From positions 96,001-160,000 of the forward strand of contig CBDCEW010000104.1 of NCBI GenBank assembly GCA_965215885.1: a DNA stretch of 64,000 nt, written 5' to 3'. This document shows, one piece after another, positions 8,585-18,465 of the stretch. A model generated the notes under the pieces. That model saw nothing but the letters and a program-made list of their open reading frames with translations, did no database searches and was not told where the DNA came from. Position numbers and translations under genes: made by a program. The DNA comes from Candidatus Moanibacter sp. Lineage in GTDB: Bacteria; Verrucomicrobiota; Verrucomicrobiia; Opitutales; UBA2987. Within the stretch, counting starts at the first letter, position 1. Every line of letters starts with the position of its first letter.

Positions 8585-9562
8585 ATGATGGAAGAGTTGC
8601 TTGAGAGAATTGCGAAGCTGAAGATCCTGGTTATCGGCGACCTTGCCCTCGACCATTATATCTGGGGCAAGGCGACTCGGGTAGCGCCTGAGGCGCCTGT
8701 TCCGCTTGTCGATGTGGAGAGAGACAGCTATGCAGCCGGGATGGCGGCGATTCCGGCGTTAAATCTGGCGGCCTGGCATATAAAGGCAGAACTTTGTGGA
8801 GTAGTTGGGAAAGATGAATCCGGGAATAGACTGGTAGATATTCTTGGAAAGAGCGCTATTGATTATGATCCCGCTTTTATATCCGATCATGCGCCGACGA
8901 TTGTGAAATCGCGCGTCATGGCGGGAAGTCAGCACGTCTGCCGATTCGATCGAGAAGATGAGCCCGAGGCCTATGCTGAGGAGTGGCGAAAACGATTTTC
9001 ACTTGTTCGCGAAAAGACGAGTCGAATCGATGCGGTGATATTGTCGGATTACTCAAAAGGTGTCATTGACGAGGAATTTATTGAGGTTCTTCGAGATGAG
9101 TGCAAGAAGTCGGAGACATTCATTGCTCTGGATCCGAAACCTCGCCGCCGACTCAAGTTTCGTAATCTGGATTTGATGACCCCGAATCGCCATGAGTCTC
9201 TCCAGTTGGCGGAATTGGAATTTGATCGGTTTCAGTCGTTTCCGGCGGAAGAGGTCTGCGCGCGTATCTGGGACAGGTACAGGCCGAAACTACTGGTCAT
9301 TACCCTGGGGAGCGGAGGAATGTTGACTTCTCGCGAGGGAAAGGTGCTTGCACAGATTCCGTCATTTGCCAGGGATGTGTTCGATGTATCGGGGGCCGGC
9401 GATACATCGATTGCAGGCCTCACGGCTGCAATGGCGGCCGGTGCATCGATTGAAGAAGCAGTTGACTTCGCGAATACTGCTTCAGGTGTTGTTGTCGGGA
9501 AACTTGGATATTCAACAGCGAGTCCCGAGGAAATTCTCGAATTTCATGCCTCGCACCGATAG
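8585..9562 (+). CDS. D-glycero-beta-D-manno-heptose-7-phosphate kinase (stand-alone RfaE/HldE domain I)
   Basis: IGDLALDHY, APEAPVP, LSDYSKG, TPNRHE, DVSGAGDT; adjacent to gmhB. Confidence 0.9.
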   Translation: MMEELLERIAKLKILVIGDLALDHYIWGKATRVAPEAPVPLVDVERDSYAAGMAAIPALNLAAWHIKAELCGVVGKDESGNRLVDILGKSAIDYDPAFISDHAPTIVKSRVMAGSQHVCRFDREDEPEAYAEEWRKRFSLVREKTSRIDAVILSDYSKGVIDEEFIEVLRDECKKSETFIALDPKPRRRLKFRNLDLMTPNRHESLQLAELEFDRFQSFPAEEVCARIWDRYRPKLLVITLGSGGMLTSREGKVLAQIPSFARDVFDVSGAGDTSIAGLTAAMAAGASIEEAVDFANTASGVVVGKLGYSTASPEEILEFHASHR

Positions 9563-10100
9563 AGCTCTGTTCCTGGATCGCGACGGCACTCTGATTTATG
9601 ATAAGAATCATCTTTCGGATCCCGACGGAGTGGATTTGATACCCGGAGTCCGCGAAGCGTTGATTCGGGCTCTCGAAATCGGATTCAGACTCTTTCTCCA
9701 TACCAATCAGAGCGGGATTGGGCGCGGTTGGTATTCTATGGAGGATGTGCTCTTGTGCAACGAACGCATGTTCGAACTCCTCGATTTGCCTGAACCCGCC
9801 TTTACCGAAGTCTGTATTGCTCCCGAAAGCCCTGACGAAACCGCCGTCTACCGCAAACCCTCTCCCCGATTTATCGATGAGATGGTTGAGAAGTATCAAC
9901 TCGAACGCGAAAGCTGTTATATGATCGGGGATCGGGATTCCGACCTGGAAGCCGGTATCAACAGTGGTCTGCGCCCTGTTTTCGTGAAAACCGGACCGGA
10001 AATTTCTGGTGAGACTCGTGCCCTATTGCAGAAATACGAAGTTCTTGTTTTCGGAAGTTTGGGGGAGTTTGTGAACTCCTTTGCGTTGGACTCAGCGTAG
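9546..10100 (+). CDS. gmhB: Heptose 1,7-bisphosphate phosphatase (HAD-IIIA)
   Basis: FLDRDGTL, TNQSGIGRG, RKPSP, MIGDRDSD; ATG 9546 overlaps the upstream gene end. Confidence 0.88.
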   Translation: MPRTDRALFLDRDGTLIYDKNHLSDPDGVDLIPGVREALIRALEIGFRLFLHTNQSGIGRGWYSMEDVLLCNERMFELLDLPEPAFTEVCIAPESPDETAVYRKPSPRFIDEMVEKYQLERESCYMIGDRDSDLEAGINSGLRPVFVKTGPEISGETRALLQKYEVLVFGSLGEFVNSFALDSA

Positions 10101-10190
10101 GAATCTGTCGGTCTCATATTCGTCGAATTCTCCATTTCGCACTTAAAATTTCCTCCCGCGTGACCGTTTTTCTAATTTTCAACAAAATGA

Positions 10191-10397
10191 AAACTCCCCG
10201 CAGCAAGCTGCGGGGTATCTAACTCTTTCGCCATTCGGACAGAAATTGCCTATGCTTTACTCGAAGTTGATACAAACGTCCCCGGAGGGGCCGTTCCACC
10301 ACTAGCATCTTTGCTACGGGTGGATCGGGCGCTCCGCGCACGATTTTGCCTAAGAAAGTCAGCGACCCCGTAGCACGCTACGGAGAATTACCAAGTT
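10191..10397. repeat. Small non-coding element bounded by two related hairpins (possible IS200/IS605-type non-autonomous remnant)
   Basis: CCCCGCAGCAAGCTGCGGGG near 10196 and CCCCGTAGCACGCTACGGAG near 10367, in the same orientation. Confidence 0.45.
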
Positions 10398-10446
10398 AAA
10401 AATAACGAGCTGCGAAGGCGGGAACATCAACACGGTTGACAGCCCG

Positions 10447-11718
10447 TTAGGATATTCCGGCGGATGCAGCCAATGCGTCAAAATTTGGATCAATCGATGC
10501 GGGCAGATCAACGGATCGCCTGGCGGCTTCAACGTCCTTGAGGCCCGATCCCGTGAGGAGGAGCACAGCGCACTCATCGTCGGCAACCCTTCCAGCTTCC
10601 CTTTCATTGATCAAGCCGGCTACCGCGGCGGCGGAAGATGGTTCGACAAATACTCCTGTGAGCCGGCCGCATGTCGCGATCGCGGCGAGTATCTCCTCAT
10701 CGGAAACCGAGACGCCACGGCCTCCGGAATGGCGAATTTCGCGCAGGGCCAGAATTCCGTTTCGGGGCGCTTCGACGACGATGGAATCTGCCACGGAATG
10801 GGCGCCGGGTATCGGTTCGGGCTCATCCAGGCCGCGCTCGAGCGCATCGACGAGAGCGGCGCTCCCTGCTGCCTGAACCGCGATCATCTCAGGCACTTTG
10901 TCGATCAGGCCGAGTCCGAGAAGGTCGTGAAAACCCTTGGCGATACCCGAAATTATGACCCCATCGCCTACCGGTATCCATACCGAATCCGGCGCTTTGC
11001 AGCCGAGCTGTTCCCAGATCTCGAATGCGGCCACACGCTTTCCGTCGATCGTATAGGGGTTATATGCAGTGTTGCGATTGTACCAGCCTAATCTTGTGCA
11101 GGCTTCGGTAGAGAGTTCGAATGCCTGGTCGTAGTTCCCTTTCACAGGGAAGACGCGCGCCCCATAGACGAGCATTTGAGCGAGTTTGGCGGGCGGGGCG
11201 GTTTCCGGAACGATCACCACACAATCGACGTTTTGTGAAGCGCAGACACAGGCTAGAGCAGTGGCGGCGTTTCCTGTGGATGCTGTGCAGACCGTTTGCA
11301 TTCCCTTTTCCAACGCTTTTGCCACGACAAGAACCGATGCACGATCCTTATAGGACCCGGCTGGATTCTTCGTATCGTCCTTGAGAAAGAGATTGCTCAA
11401 TCCGAGATCCTTGCTGAGCCGGCCGCCATGGTATAGGGGGGTGTCTCCGATGAGGAGAGGGGACAGATATCTCTCGTGAGAGAGTGGGAGGAGTGGAAAA
11501 TAACGGAGCGTGCCCCGACGATCAGTCCGCGCAAGGTATTCATGATTGAATTGCGACTTGATGAAATCATAGTCGTAAATCACCTCGAGCACACCCTGGA
11601 GTGCGCGCCCCGGCTGTTGATTCGAGGAAGCTACCGGGCAGAGGTATTCGACCTCGTCCGCATGATAACGACGTCCGCCTGTGACGGACTGCAATTCATA
11701 GTGTGATGAATCATGCAT
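10447..11718 (-). CDS. thrC: Threonine synthase-like PLP enzyme (fold type II)
   Basis: NPAGSYKDR, ASTGNAA, PVGDG, FVEPSSAA, LTGSGLKD. Could be a catabolic paralogue. Confidence 0.8.
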   Translation of the reverse strand: MHDSSHYELQSVTGGRRYHADEVEYLCPVASSNQQPGRALQGVLEVIYDYDFIKSQFNHEYLARTDRRGTLRYFPLLPLSHERYLSPLLIGDTPLYHGGRLSKDLGLSNLFLKDDTKNPAGSYKDRASVLVVAKALEKGMQTVCTASTGNAATALACVCASQNVDCVVIVPETAPPAKLAQMLVYGARVFPVKGNYDQAFELSTEACTRLGWYNRNTAYNPYTIDGKRVAAFEIWEQLGCKAPDSVWIPVGDGVIISGIAKGFHDLLGLGLIDKVPEMIAVQAAGSAALVDALERGLDEPEPIPGAHSVADSIVVEAPRNGILALREIRHSGGRGVSVSDEEILAAIATCGRLTGVFVEPSSAAAVAGLINEREAGRVADDECAVLLLTGSGLKDVEAARRSVDLPASIDPNFDALAASAGIS

Positions 11719-11721
11719 CGA

Positions 11722-12459
11722 TTAATTGTTGGCTTTCCCTGGCGGCCACTTCTTCAGATGGTATGCGGAATCCCAGAACATCCACTCGTAACGGCATCCG
11801 CGCCGGTAGAGTTTTCTCATTTGCGCCAGTTGTTCCTGGGTCGCTTCCGCCGCCACGGCGTTAACGATATCAAGGATCTCCTGAACGACTTTTCCGTAGC
11901 CTTCGGAGGCGTAGGCATCGATCCATGTCTGATAGGTGTCATCCCGCGAACCCTCTTTGCTCAATTCCTTTCCTACTTCCCAATAGATCCAGTAACAGGG
12001 AAGGAGGGCGGTAATTCCTTCAGCGAATGTGCCTTGGCCGGTTGTCGCGAGCATGAAGTTCGTATAGGCGAATGCTTCCGGGGCCGGTTCCATCGCTGCC
12101 TCCCGCTCCGGCGTTATGTCATACTCTTCGTAGATCCTTGCGTGAAGCTGTTGTTCATCTTTGATCGTCTCCCGGGCGTGTCTGCGGAGGAGTACTTTCC
12201 AATCTTCCTTCGGCGCCTTCTCCGCGGTTTCGTTTAGAGCTTTGGCGAATTCCCGGAGGTAAAACAGATCTTGCACGATATAAAAAGCGAAGACGTCCTT
12301 GCTCAAGGTGCCCGCTTGAAGCTCTTTCAGGAAGGGATGCCGGAGAATTTCTTTGTAGATGTCTTCGTTTGCTTTCCAGACCTCATCGCTGAATTTCTCG
12401 GCGGCGAGCGGTGAGAGGGAGAGAAGAAGCGTAGTTAGTGCAAGTGAGAATCTCATCAT
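11722..12459 (-). CDS. tenA: TenA / thiaminase II with N-terminal signal peptide
   Basis: HPFLKEL, YIVQDLFYL, LLPCYWIY (catalytic Cys), YQTWIDAY, YEWMFW. Confidence 0.88.
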   Translation of the reverse strand: MMRFSLALTTLLLSLSPLAAEKFSDEVWKANEDIYKEILRHPFLKELQAGTLSKDVFAFYIVQDLFYLREFAKALNETAEKAPKEDWKVLLRRHARETIKDEQQLHARIYEEYDITPEREAAMEPAPEAFAYTNFMLATTGQGTFAEGITALLPCYWIYWEVGKELSKEGSRDDTYQTWIDAYASEGYGKVVQEILDIVNAVAAEATQEQLAQMRKLYRRGCRYEWMFWDSAYHLKKWPPGKANN

Positions 12460-12620
12460 TTTTGTTACGCTTAGTCGAAGTATTCAATTGGGAGTCTTAT
12501 AAAGTATGGTTTCAATAAGGAAAGCAGGAATGCAGGAAAAGATACTTCGGCTTCCGGGGGGGCCATCGGCAATCCCGCTCAGCTTGATTCCTGATAACAA
12601 TAATTAGTAATGAGGCCTTT

Positions 12621-13040
12621 TCAGGGGACGGTAGGCACCCATTTGCCCTCTACTGCATACGATTCACTATCGCCGGGCCAGGGGGGCATCGTCACACCTA
12701 CCGCGGTGAGGGACTCATTCCCGAACGAACGAAACTGGAAGTGAGTGCCGCGCGGGATCGTCAAGCAGACATCCGGTGCGACCGGCACGACCTCTTCCCT
12801 GTCTTTCTGCCTGCGCCACATTTCACCGCGCCCACCGAGAAAAAACCAGATTTCTTCGACTGTTCGATGGGCGACTGATTTCGAGGTCTGTTCGGGTGGA
12901 AGCTCAAAGTGAGCCATCCCGCCCCCTTTCAACCTCAGTAGAATCCGTACATCCGATCCGTCCGGGGCCACCTCATCGGCGGCAATTGGTAATCGCCGTG
13001 TGCCGAATGCGTCAATCTTGAGGGAGGTGTCTTCAGCCAT
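12621..13040 (-). CDS. Cupin domain protein
   Basis: HRTVEEIWFFLGGRG and IPRGTHFQF cupin motifs. Confidence 0.85.
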   Translation of the reverse strand: MAEDTSLKIDAFGTRRLPIAADEVAPDGSDVRILLRLKGGGMAHFELPPEQTSKSVAHRTVEEIWFFLGGRGEMWRRQKDREEVVPVAPDVCLTIPRGTHFQFRSFGNESLTAVGVTMPPWPGDSESYAVEGKWVPTVP

Positions 13041-13056
13041 GGTTTCCGACGCGCTG

Positions 13057-14286
13057 CTAGCGCGCGATTGCGCTCACGCCTGAACTCCAGTAGTCTCGAA
13101 GCCTGGCCAAGCCTTCGCGGATATTGTCGGAGGAGATTCCGGAAAAGGCAAAGCGGACAAATTTCCGAGTCTCGCTGGGTAGGGGAGTGCCAAAATGATC
13201 CCTCGTACAGAAAGATACGCCTGTTTCTTCAAGCGTACGTAACCGGAAATCCTCCAGCGATGTCGAGCCCAACCGCTCATAGATTGTGGTGATGTCCGGG
13301 AATAGATAGAAAGAAGAATGCGGCTTGAAGACATCGACGCCTTCAATTTTCTGAAGTTCGCCGAAGAGTGCGTCTCGACGCTCTTCCAGGGTATGAAGGA
13401 TTTCCTCGGCGCCGCTTTGATCTCCCTGGAGGCATTCCATGCCTGCGTATTGAATGCAGTGGCTCGTGCAAGATTCGATATTGACGTTTAACTTTGCGAA
13501 ATGGGCGATCACTTCAGGCGGCCCGATCGCCCCGCCCAGCCTCCATCCTGTCATCGCATAAGTCTTGGAAAAAGTGTAGAGAATAACGGTGCGTTCCCGC
13601 ATGCCCGGAAGTGAAACGATGCTCTTTCCCTTATCGGAATAGAGAATCTTGAAATAGGCCTCATCGGAGAGGACCCACAGGTTATGTTTTACGGCAAAAT
13701 CCGCCAACCACTGCATTTCTTCAGCAGTTGATTCGGCGCCGATCGGATTCTGGTAATTGTTATAAATCAGGGCACGGGCGTTGTCCCGAATTTGTGATTC
13801 AATCTCGTCGCGGTTAATAATAAATTGATCTCCGGTATAGGTGTAACCGTAGGGAATCGCTTCTCCACCCAGATAATTGATCTGGGATTCATAGATGGGA
13901 AAGCCGGGATTGGGATAGAAGACAGCTTCTCCGGGATTCATCACTGTCTCGAGGAACTTGGGGATCACTGGTTTGCCCCCGGGCTGGATCGCGACGTTTT
14001 CAGGTCCAAATTCAACTCCACGATCCCGGCCGACATTCTCGGCCAAAGCCTCCCTGAGCGGCTGAATCCCTGCTGCGGGAGCATATCCGGTTTTGCCCGA
14101 AAGCATGGCCTGATGGGCGGCATCGATGATATTGTCGGGCGTGCGCATATCCAGGTCGCCGAGATGGAACGGGTAAACTTTGTTTCCTTTTGCGGCGAAT
14201 GCGGCAGCATCGAGCGAAACGGCAAAAGCAGTCTCGGTACCAAGATTCTCAAGTCTCTTTGCTAACGGAAGGGTCGTGCTGCTCAT
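13057..14286 (-). CDS. Class I/II PLP aminotransferase
   Basis: NPGFPIYE, NNYQNP, SDEAY, FSKTYAMTGWRLG. Confidence 0.92.
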   Translation of the reverse strand: MSSTTLPLAKRLENLGTETAFAVSLDAAAFAAKGNKVYPFHLGDLDMRTPDNIIDAAHQAMLSGKTGYAPAAGIQPLREALAENVGRDRGVEFGPENVAIQPGGKPVIPKFLETVMNPGEAVFYPNPGFPIYESQINYLGGEAIPYGYTYTGDQFIINRDEIESQIRDNARALIYNNYQNPIGAESTAEEMQWLADFAVKHNLWVLSDEAYFKILYSDKGKSIVSLPGMRERTVILYTFSKTYAMTGWRLGGAIGPPEVIAHFAKLNVNIESCTSHCIQYAGMECLQGDQSGAEEILHTLEERRDALFGELQKIEGVDVFKPHSSFYLFPDITTIYERLGSTSLEDFRLRTLEETGVSFCTRDHFGTPLPSETRKFVRFAFSGISSDNIREGLARLRDYWSSGVSAIAR

Positions 14287-14620
14287 TCTTTAACTTGGGA
14301 ATTCCCCGTCCCGCCGTACGGCAGGACTTGCGGGGAGCTTACATTTAAGAAAGTCAGGGTTTAACAGAAATCTGGGGACATCCAAGTCGAAAGTGTGAAG
14401 CTAAGCGCCTGTGGGGCTGGAATTCCGACAGATTCCCAAGTCGAACTTCTTGACTCGCCGAATCGGAATCGCTTTATTCCGCCGCATTTTCCCCGGACGG
14501 CTTTGCCGTACGGCAGAATGTCGATTTGGGCGAGATTTTGACTGGAGATATTCGGGGTAGATGTTTGAAACAGCAGAATGTAAGCTTGAAGTTGAAATGG
14601 TGTATTAGGAAACAGCTAAA

Positions 14621-16103
14621 ATGAAAATTGATCTGGGAATTAACGAAGAGGGACTGAGGCATGCCGTGGAACGTGCGCGCGAGCGTAAAGTAACGATCCC
14701 TACGTTTAACGAGTTGAGCGATCCCATTAGCGTCTCGGAGAGCGTGGCCGGTCCGCTCAAGGACGTCGGCCTTTGGGAAGTCAATCCGCTAAACATATAC
14801 CGCGCCTGTTGGAAGAATGAACCCAAACCGGAAGGCGGCGGTTTTGGCGGTGTCAATTATGTTGAAATACCAAAGGAGATTACGGGAGTAGAGGCGCGGA
14901 TTTTCGCTCTCGTCGGTAAATGGTTTCCCACCGGCGCGCACAAGGTGGGGGCCGCTTTTGGATGTCTCGTGCCGCGCCTCGTGACGGGGCGTGACGGGGC
15001 AGTTCGATCCTACATCGCAGAAGGCGGTTTGGCCATCGACGGGGAATTTCTGCCGGGGAGGAGCCTACAATTCAGCGATTCTGGGTTGCGAATCGATCGC
15101 AATTTTACCCGAGGAGATGAGCAGGGAGCGGTTTGAATGGCTAAGGGAAATCGCGGGTGAGGTGATCGCGACACCGGGATGTGAATCCAATGTAAAGGAG
15201 ATCTATGATAAATGCTGGGAGTTGCGACGGACACGCGACGACATTGTCATCTTTAATCAATTCGAGGAGTTTGGTAACTATTTGTGGCACTATCACGTGA
15301 CCGGGCACGCCATTGAGGAGGTGCTGCGGAGTGAGATGTCTGAAGGCGTACGGATTGCCGGGTATATCAGTGCAACGGGTTCCGCGGGCACGATCGCCGC
15401 TGGAGATTATCTCAAAGAGCGATTTCCCGAATGCAGAATCGGCGCTGCCGAGGCTTTGCAGTGTCCCACCCTTTTAATCAATGGATTCGGAGGGCACCGA
15501 ATCGAGGGTATTGGCGACAAGCATGTTCCGTGGATTCACAATGTTCGCAACACGGATATGGTAATTGCCGTTGATGACAATCACTGCATGAACGCGATCC
15601 GTCTCTTCAATGAACCGACCGGGCAGGAATATCTGCAGAGTATTGGTCTGGGAGAGGATTTCGCGGATTCGATGCCCTTGATCGGTATCTCGGGTATGGG
15701 TAATCTTGTGGCTTCGATCAAGTTCGCCAAATATTACGAACTGACGGAGAAGGATATAGTTTTTACGATATTTACGGACTCCATGGAGCTCTATAGGAGC
15801 CGGATCGAAGAGTTGCGGGACGAGCTGGGCGAATACAGTCGGGAAGTCGCCATGAAGGACCATCACCGGCATCTCTTGGGCCTGAGTTCCGACTATATGC
15901 TGGAGCTAACCTATCCTGAACGAAAGCGCGTGCATAACCTGAAGTACTTCACCTGGATTGAGCAACAGGGCCGCGACGTGGAAGAGCTCAATGCGCAATG
16001 GTATGAGTATGACAGTTACTGGCCGGAGCTGCGCAGTCAGGTTGGGGAGATCGATGAGCTGATTGGTAACTTCAATGCGATGGTAAGAGCAGGTAATAAT
16101 TAA
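14621..16103 (+). pseudogene. PLP-dependent enzyme (cysteine synthase/TrpB-like fold II), frameshifted by a 10-bp tandem duplication
   Basis: FPTGAHKVGA in ORF 14621, then PSTGNFCRGG and ATGSAGT in ORF 14991. gtgacggggc is repeated at 14981-15000; removing one copy gives a single 490-aa frame. Confidence 0.88.
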
Positions 16104-17286
16104 CAAGGCAAGTGACATAGTCATTTTAGGGGCGAAGCGAACCCCTATTGGATCCTTTCAGGGGACTCTCTCAGCGATGCCGGCTCCCGCATTGGGTGGC
16201 GCGGCGATTCGCGCGGTACTCGATCAATCCGGATTAGATCCGGATACAGTTTCCGAGGTGATCCTTGGAAATGTCCTTGGCGCCGGTCTTGGTCAGGCTC
16301 CCGCGCGACAGGCTGTCTCTCTAGCCGGCCTGCCCGATTCGTTACCTTCATCGATCGTTAACAAAGTATGCGGAAGCAGCCTCAAGGCGATGACTCTCGG
16401 CGCACAGTCTATCATGGTTGGGGAGGCGAGCGCTGTTATCGCAGGGGGGATGGAAAATATGAGCCAGGCGCCCTATCTACTCAAGGGAGCGCGCGAAGGA
16501 CATCGATTCGGACATCAAAGACTGGTCGATTCCATGATTCACGAGGGGCTCTGGGATCCTTCTAACAACGTTCATATGGGTAACTGTGCCGAACGGTGTC
16601 GAGAGAGGTATGGGTTTTCCCGTGAAGAACAGGATGCCTATGCTATTCGCAGCTACCAATGCGCTCAGGGGGCACAAGAAGAGGGGAGATTTGACTCGGA
16701 GATATATCCGGTTGAAGTCACCGATCTTAAGGGGAAGGTGACGCGGGTCGAGCGGGATGAAGGACCCGGCAAAGTAGACTTTGAGAAGATTCCGCAGTTG
16801 AAACCCGCGTTTGAGGAAAATGGCACCGTAACTGCCGCCAACGCTTCTACACTGAATGACGGCGCCGCCGCGTTGATAATTGCCTCTGCCGGGGCTGCGG
16901 AAGAATCAGGCATCAAACCACTGGCCCGGCTCGTGTGTTGGGCGGAGCATTCTCAAGAACCTCTGTGGTTTACAACAGCGCCGGTGCAAGTGATTCCGAA
17001 GGTCCTTGAGAAAGCAGGTTGGACACTGGAAGAGGTCGATCTCTTCGAGGTCAACGAGGCATTCGCAGTCGTGCCGATGGCAGTGGAAAGGGAACTGGGT
17101 GTGCCCAGAGAGAAGATGAACGTTCGTGGCGGAGCTATCGCCTTAGGGCATCCTCTGGGGGCGAGCGGCGCTCGTATAGTAGTGACTCTTATTCATGCCC
17201 TAATCGATATTGGCAAGAAAAAGGGCTGTGCCGCGATCTGTATTGGCGGAGGCGAAGCCATGGCAGTATGCGTAGAGATCGTGTAG
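16096..17286 (+). CDS. Acetyl-CoA C-acetyltransferase (thiolase); conserved N-terminus has no canonical start codon
   Basis: NKVCGSS, NEAF, GHPLGASG, CIGGG. DIVILGAKRTPIGSFQG lies in frame upstream of ATG 16177. Confidence 0.88.
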   Translation: MINKASDIVILGAKRTPIGSFQGTLSAMPAPALGGAAIRAVLDQSGLDPDTVSEVILGNVLGAGLGQAPARQAVSLAGLPDSLPSSIVNKVCGSSLKAMTLGAQSIMVGEASAVIAGGMENMSQAPYLLKGAREGHRFGHQRLVDSMIHEGLWDPSNNVHMGNCAERCRERYGFSREEQDAYAIRSYQCAQGAQEEGRFDSEIYPVEVTDLKGKVTRVERDEGPGKVDFEKIPQLKPAFEENGTVTAANASTLNDGAAALIIASAGAAEESGIKPLARLVCWAEHSQEPLWFTTAPVQVIPKVLEKAGWTLEEVDLFEVNEAFAVVPMAVERELGVPREKMNVRGGAIALGHPLGASGARIVVTLIHALIDIGKKKGCAAICIGGGEAMAVCVEIV

Positions 17287-17347
17287 TGGGCTTTCCAAAT
17301 TTGCTGGCTTCCGTAGCTTCCGACTCTATAAACCTTAGCAGGATTTT

Positions 17348-18373
17348 ATGGCTCGGGAGAATAGACTTAAACTGATGCGACGCGCGCGGAGGCTACGTCG
17401 CAACGCCGGCATTCGAGCGCTCGTGGAGGAGACGGAATTGCTAGGGAGCGATCTGATAATGCCACTTTTTGTGGTGGACGGCGAAGGTGGTAGAGAAGAG
17501 ATCACCTCAATGCCCGGCCAGTATCGTTTCACTGTATCGGATCTCATAAAGGAGTGCGAAGCTCTCGCTCAACTGAGTATCCGCGCGGTAGCTCTCTTCC
17601 CGTCTCTCGATCCCGCGCTTAAAGATGATGATGGTAGTCAAGCTCTTAACGAATCTACTCTCGTGCTTCGTGCCGTAAGGGCGGTTAAGAAGGAATTACC
17701 CAAGCTTCTTGTGATTACTGATATAGCGCTCGATCCTTATACCAGCCATGGGCACGATGGCGTCCTTACCCGGGACGGAAAGGATGTCGATAACGATGAA
17801 ACCGTTTCCATCCTTTCGCGTATGGCGACACTGCACGCCGCCGCGGGTGTTGATCTCGTCGCTCCTTCAGATATGATGGACGGCCGGGTAGGAGCCATTC
17901 GCGAGGCCCTCGATTGTTCGGGATTTATCAATACAGGTATTCTTGCCTACTCCGCGAAGTATGCTTCTGCTTTTTACGGACCTTTCCGAGAAGCCGTGGG
18001 AAGCGCCCAAGCGGCAGGCACCCATCTCCTAAATAAGAAGACCTATCAGCTAAATCCCGCGAATCGACTCGAAGCGCAAGTGGAGACGCTCTTAGATGAA
18101 GAAGAGGGAGCGGACATCCTAATGGTAAAGCCGGCCGGGCCATACTTGGATATTATTCGAGAACTCCGTGATAGTACTCTTCTCCCCGTAGCCGCTTACC
18201 AGGTCTCCGGAGAATATGCTCAAGTTCACGCCGCCGCCCGTCTCGGTTGGCTCGATTTGGAACAAATCCGTGATGAAACGCTCCTCGCAATAAAACGGGC
18301 GGGGGCATCAGTTATTTTGTCGTATTTTGCAAGAGACTTCCTGCGAGATTTGAGATCGGCAGGGAATCTGTAG
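17348..18373 (+). CDS. hemB: Porphobilinogen synthase
   Basis: ALDPYTSHGHDG, APSDMMDGR, FYGPFREA, MVKPA, YQVSGEY. Confidence 0.97.
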   Translation: MARENRLKLMRRARRLRRNAGIRALVEETELLGSDLIMPLFVVDGEGGREEITSMPGQYRFTVSDLIKECEALAQLSIRAVALFPSLDPALKDDDGSQALNESTLVLRAVRAVKKELPKLLVITDIALDPYTSHGHDGVLTRDGKDVDNDETVSILSRMATLHAAAGVDLVAPSDMMDGRVGAIREALDCSGFINTGILAYSAKYASAFYGPFREAVGSAQAAGTHLLNKKTYQLNPANRLEAQVETLLDEEEGADILMVKPAGPYLDIIRELRDSTLLPVAAYQVSGEYAQVHAAARLGWLDLEQIRDETLLAIKRAGASVILSYFARDFLRDLRSAGNL

Positions 18374-18449
18374 GTCTCATCCGGGTCGGAATATCGATCT
18401 GCCATTCCCGGCGTGCCGGGATTAGGAATGCTAAGTCCGACAGATTCCC
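18362..18449. mobile_element. MITE family A, full copy (about 90 bp; ends GGAATCTGTCGG...CCGACAGATTCC)
   Basis: Near-identical to 51093-51182; internal hairpin TCCCGGCGTGCCGGGA; supplies the last codons of hemB. Confidence 0.85.
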
Positions 18450-18465
18450 AGCTGGTGACGGCTGC

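Noticed and set aside
12460..12620. TPP riboswitch upstream of tenA
   Set aside because: No CTGAGA...CCTGA...AATGC...GCGNAGG arrangement on the coding strand; only a degenerate CAGGAA-type repeat.
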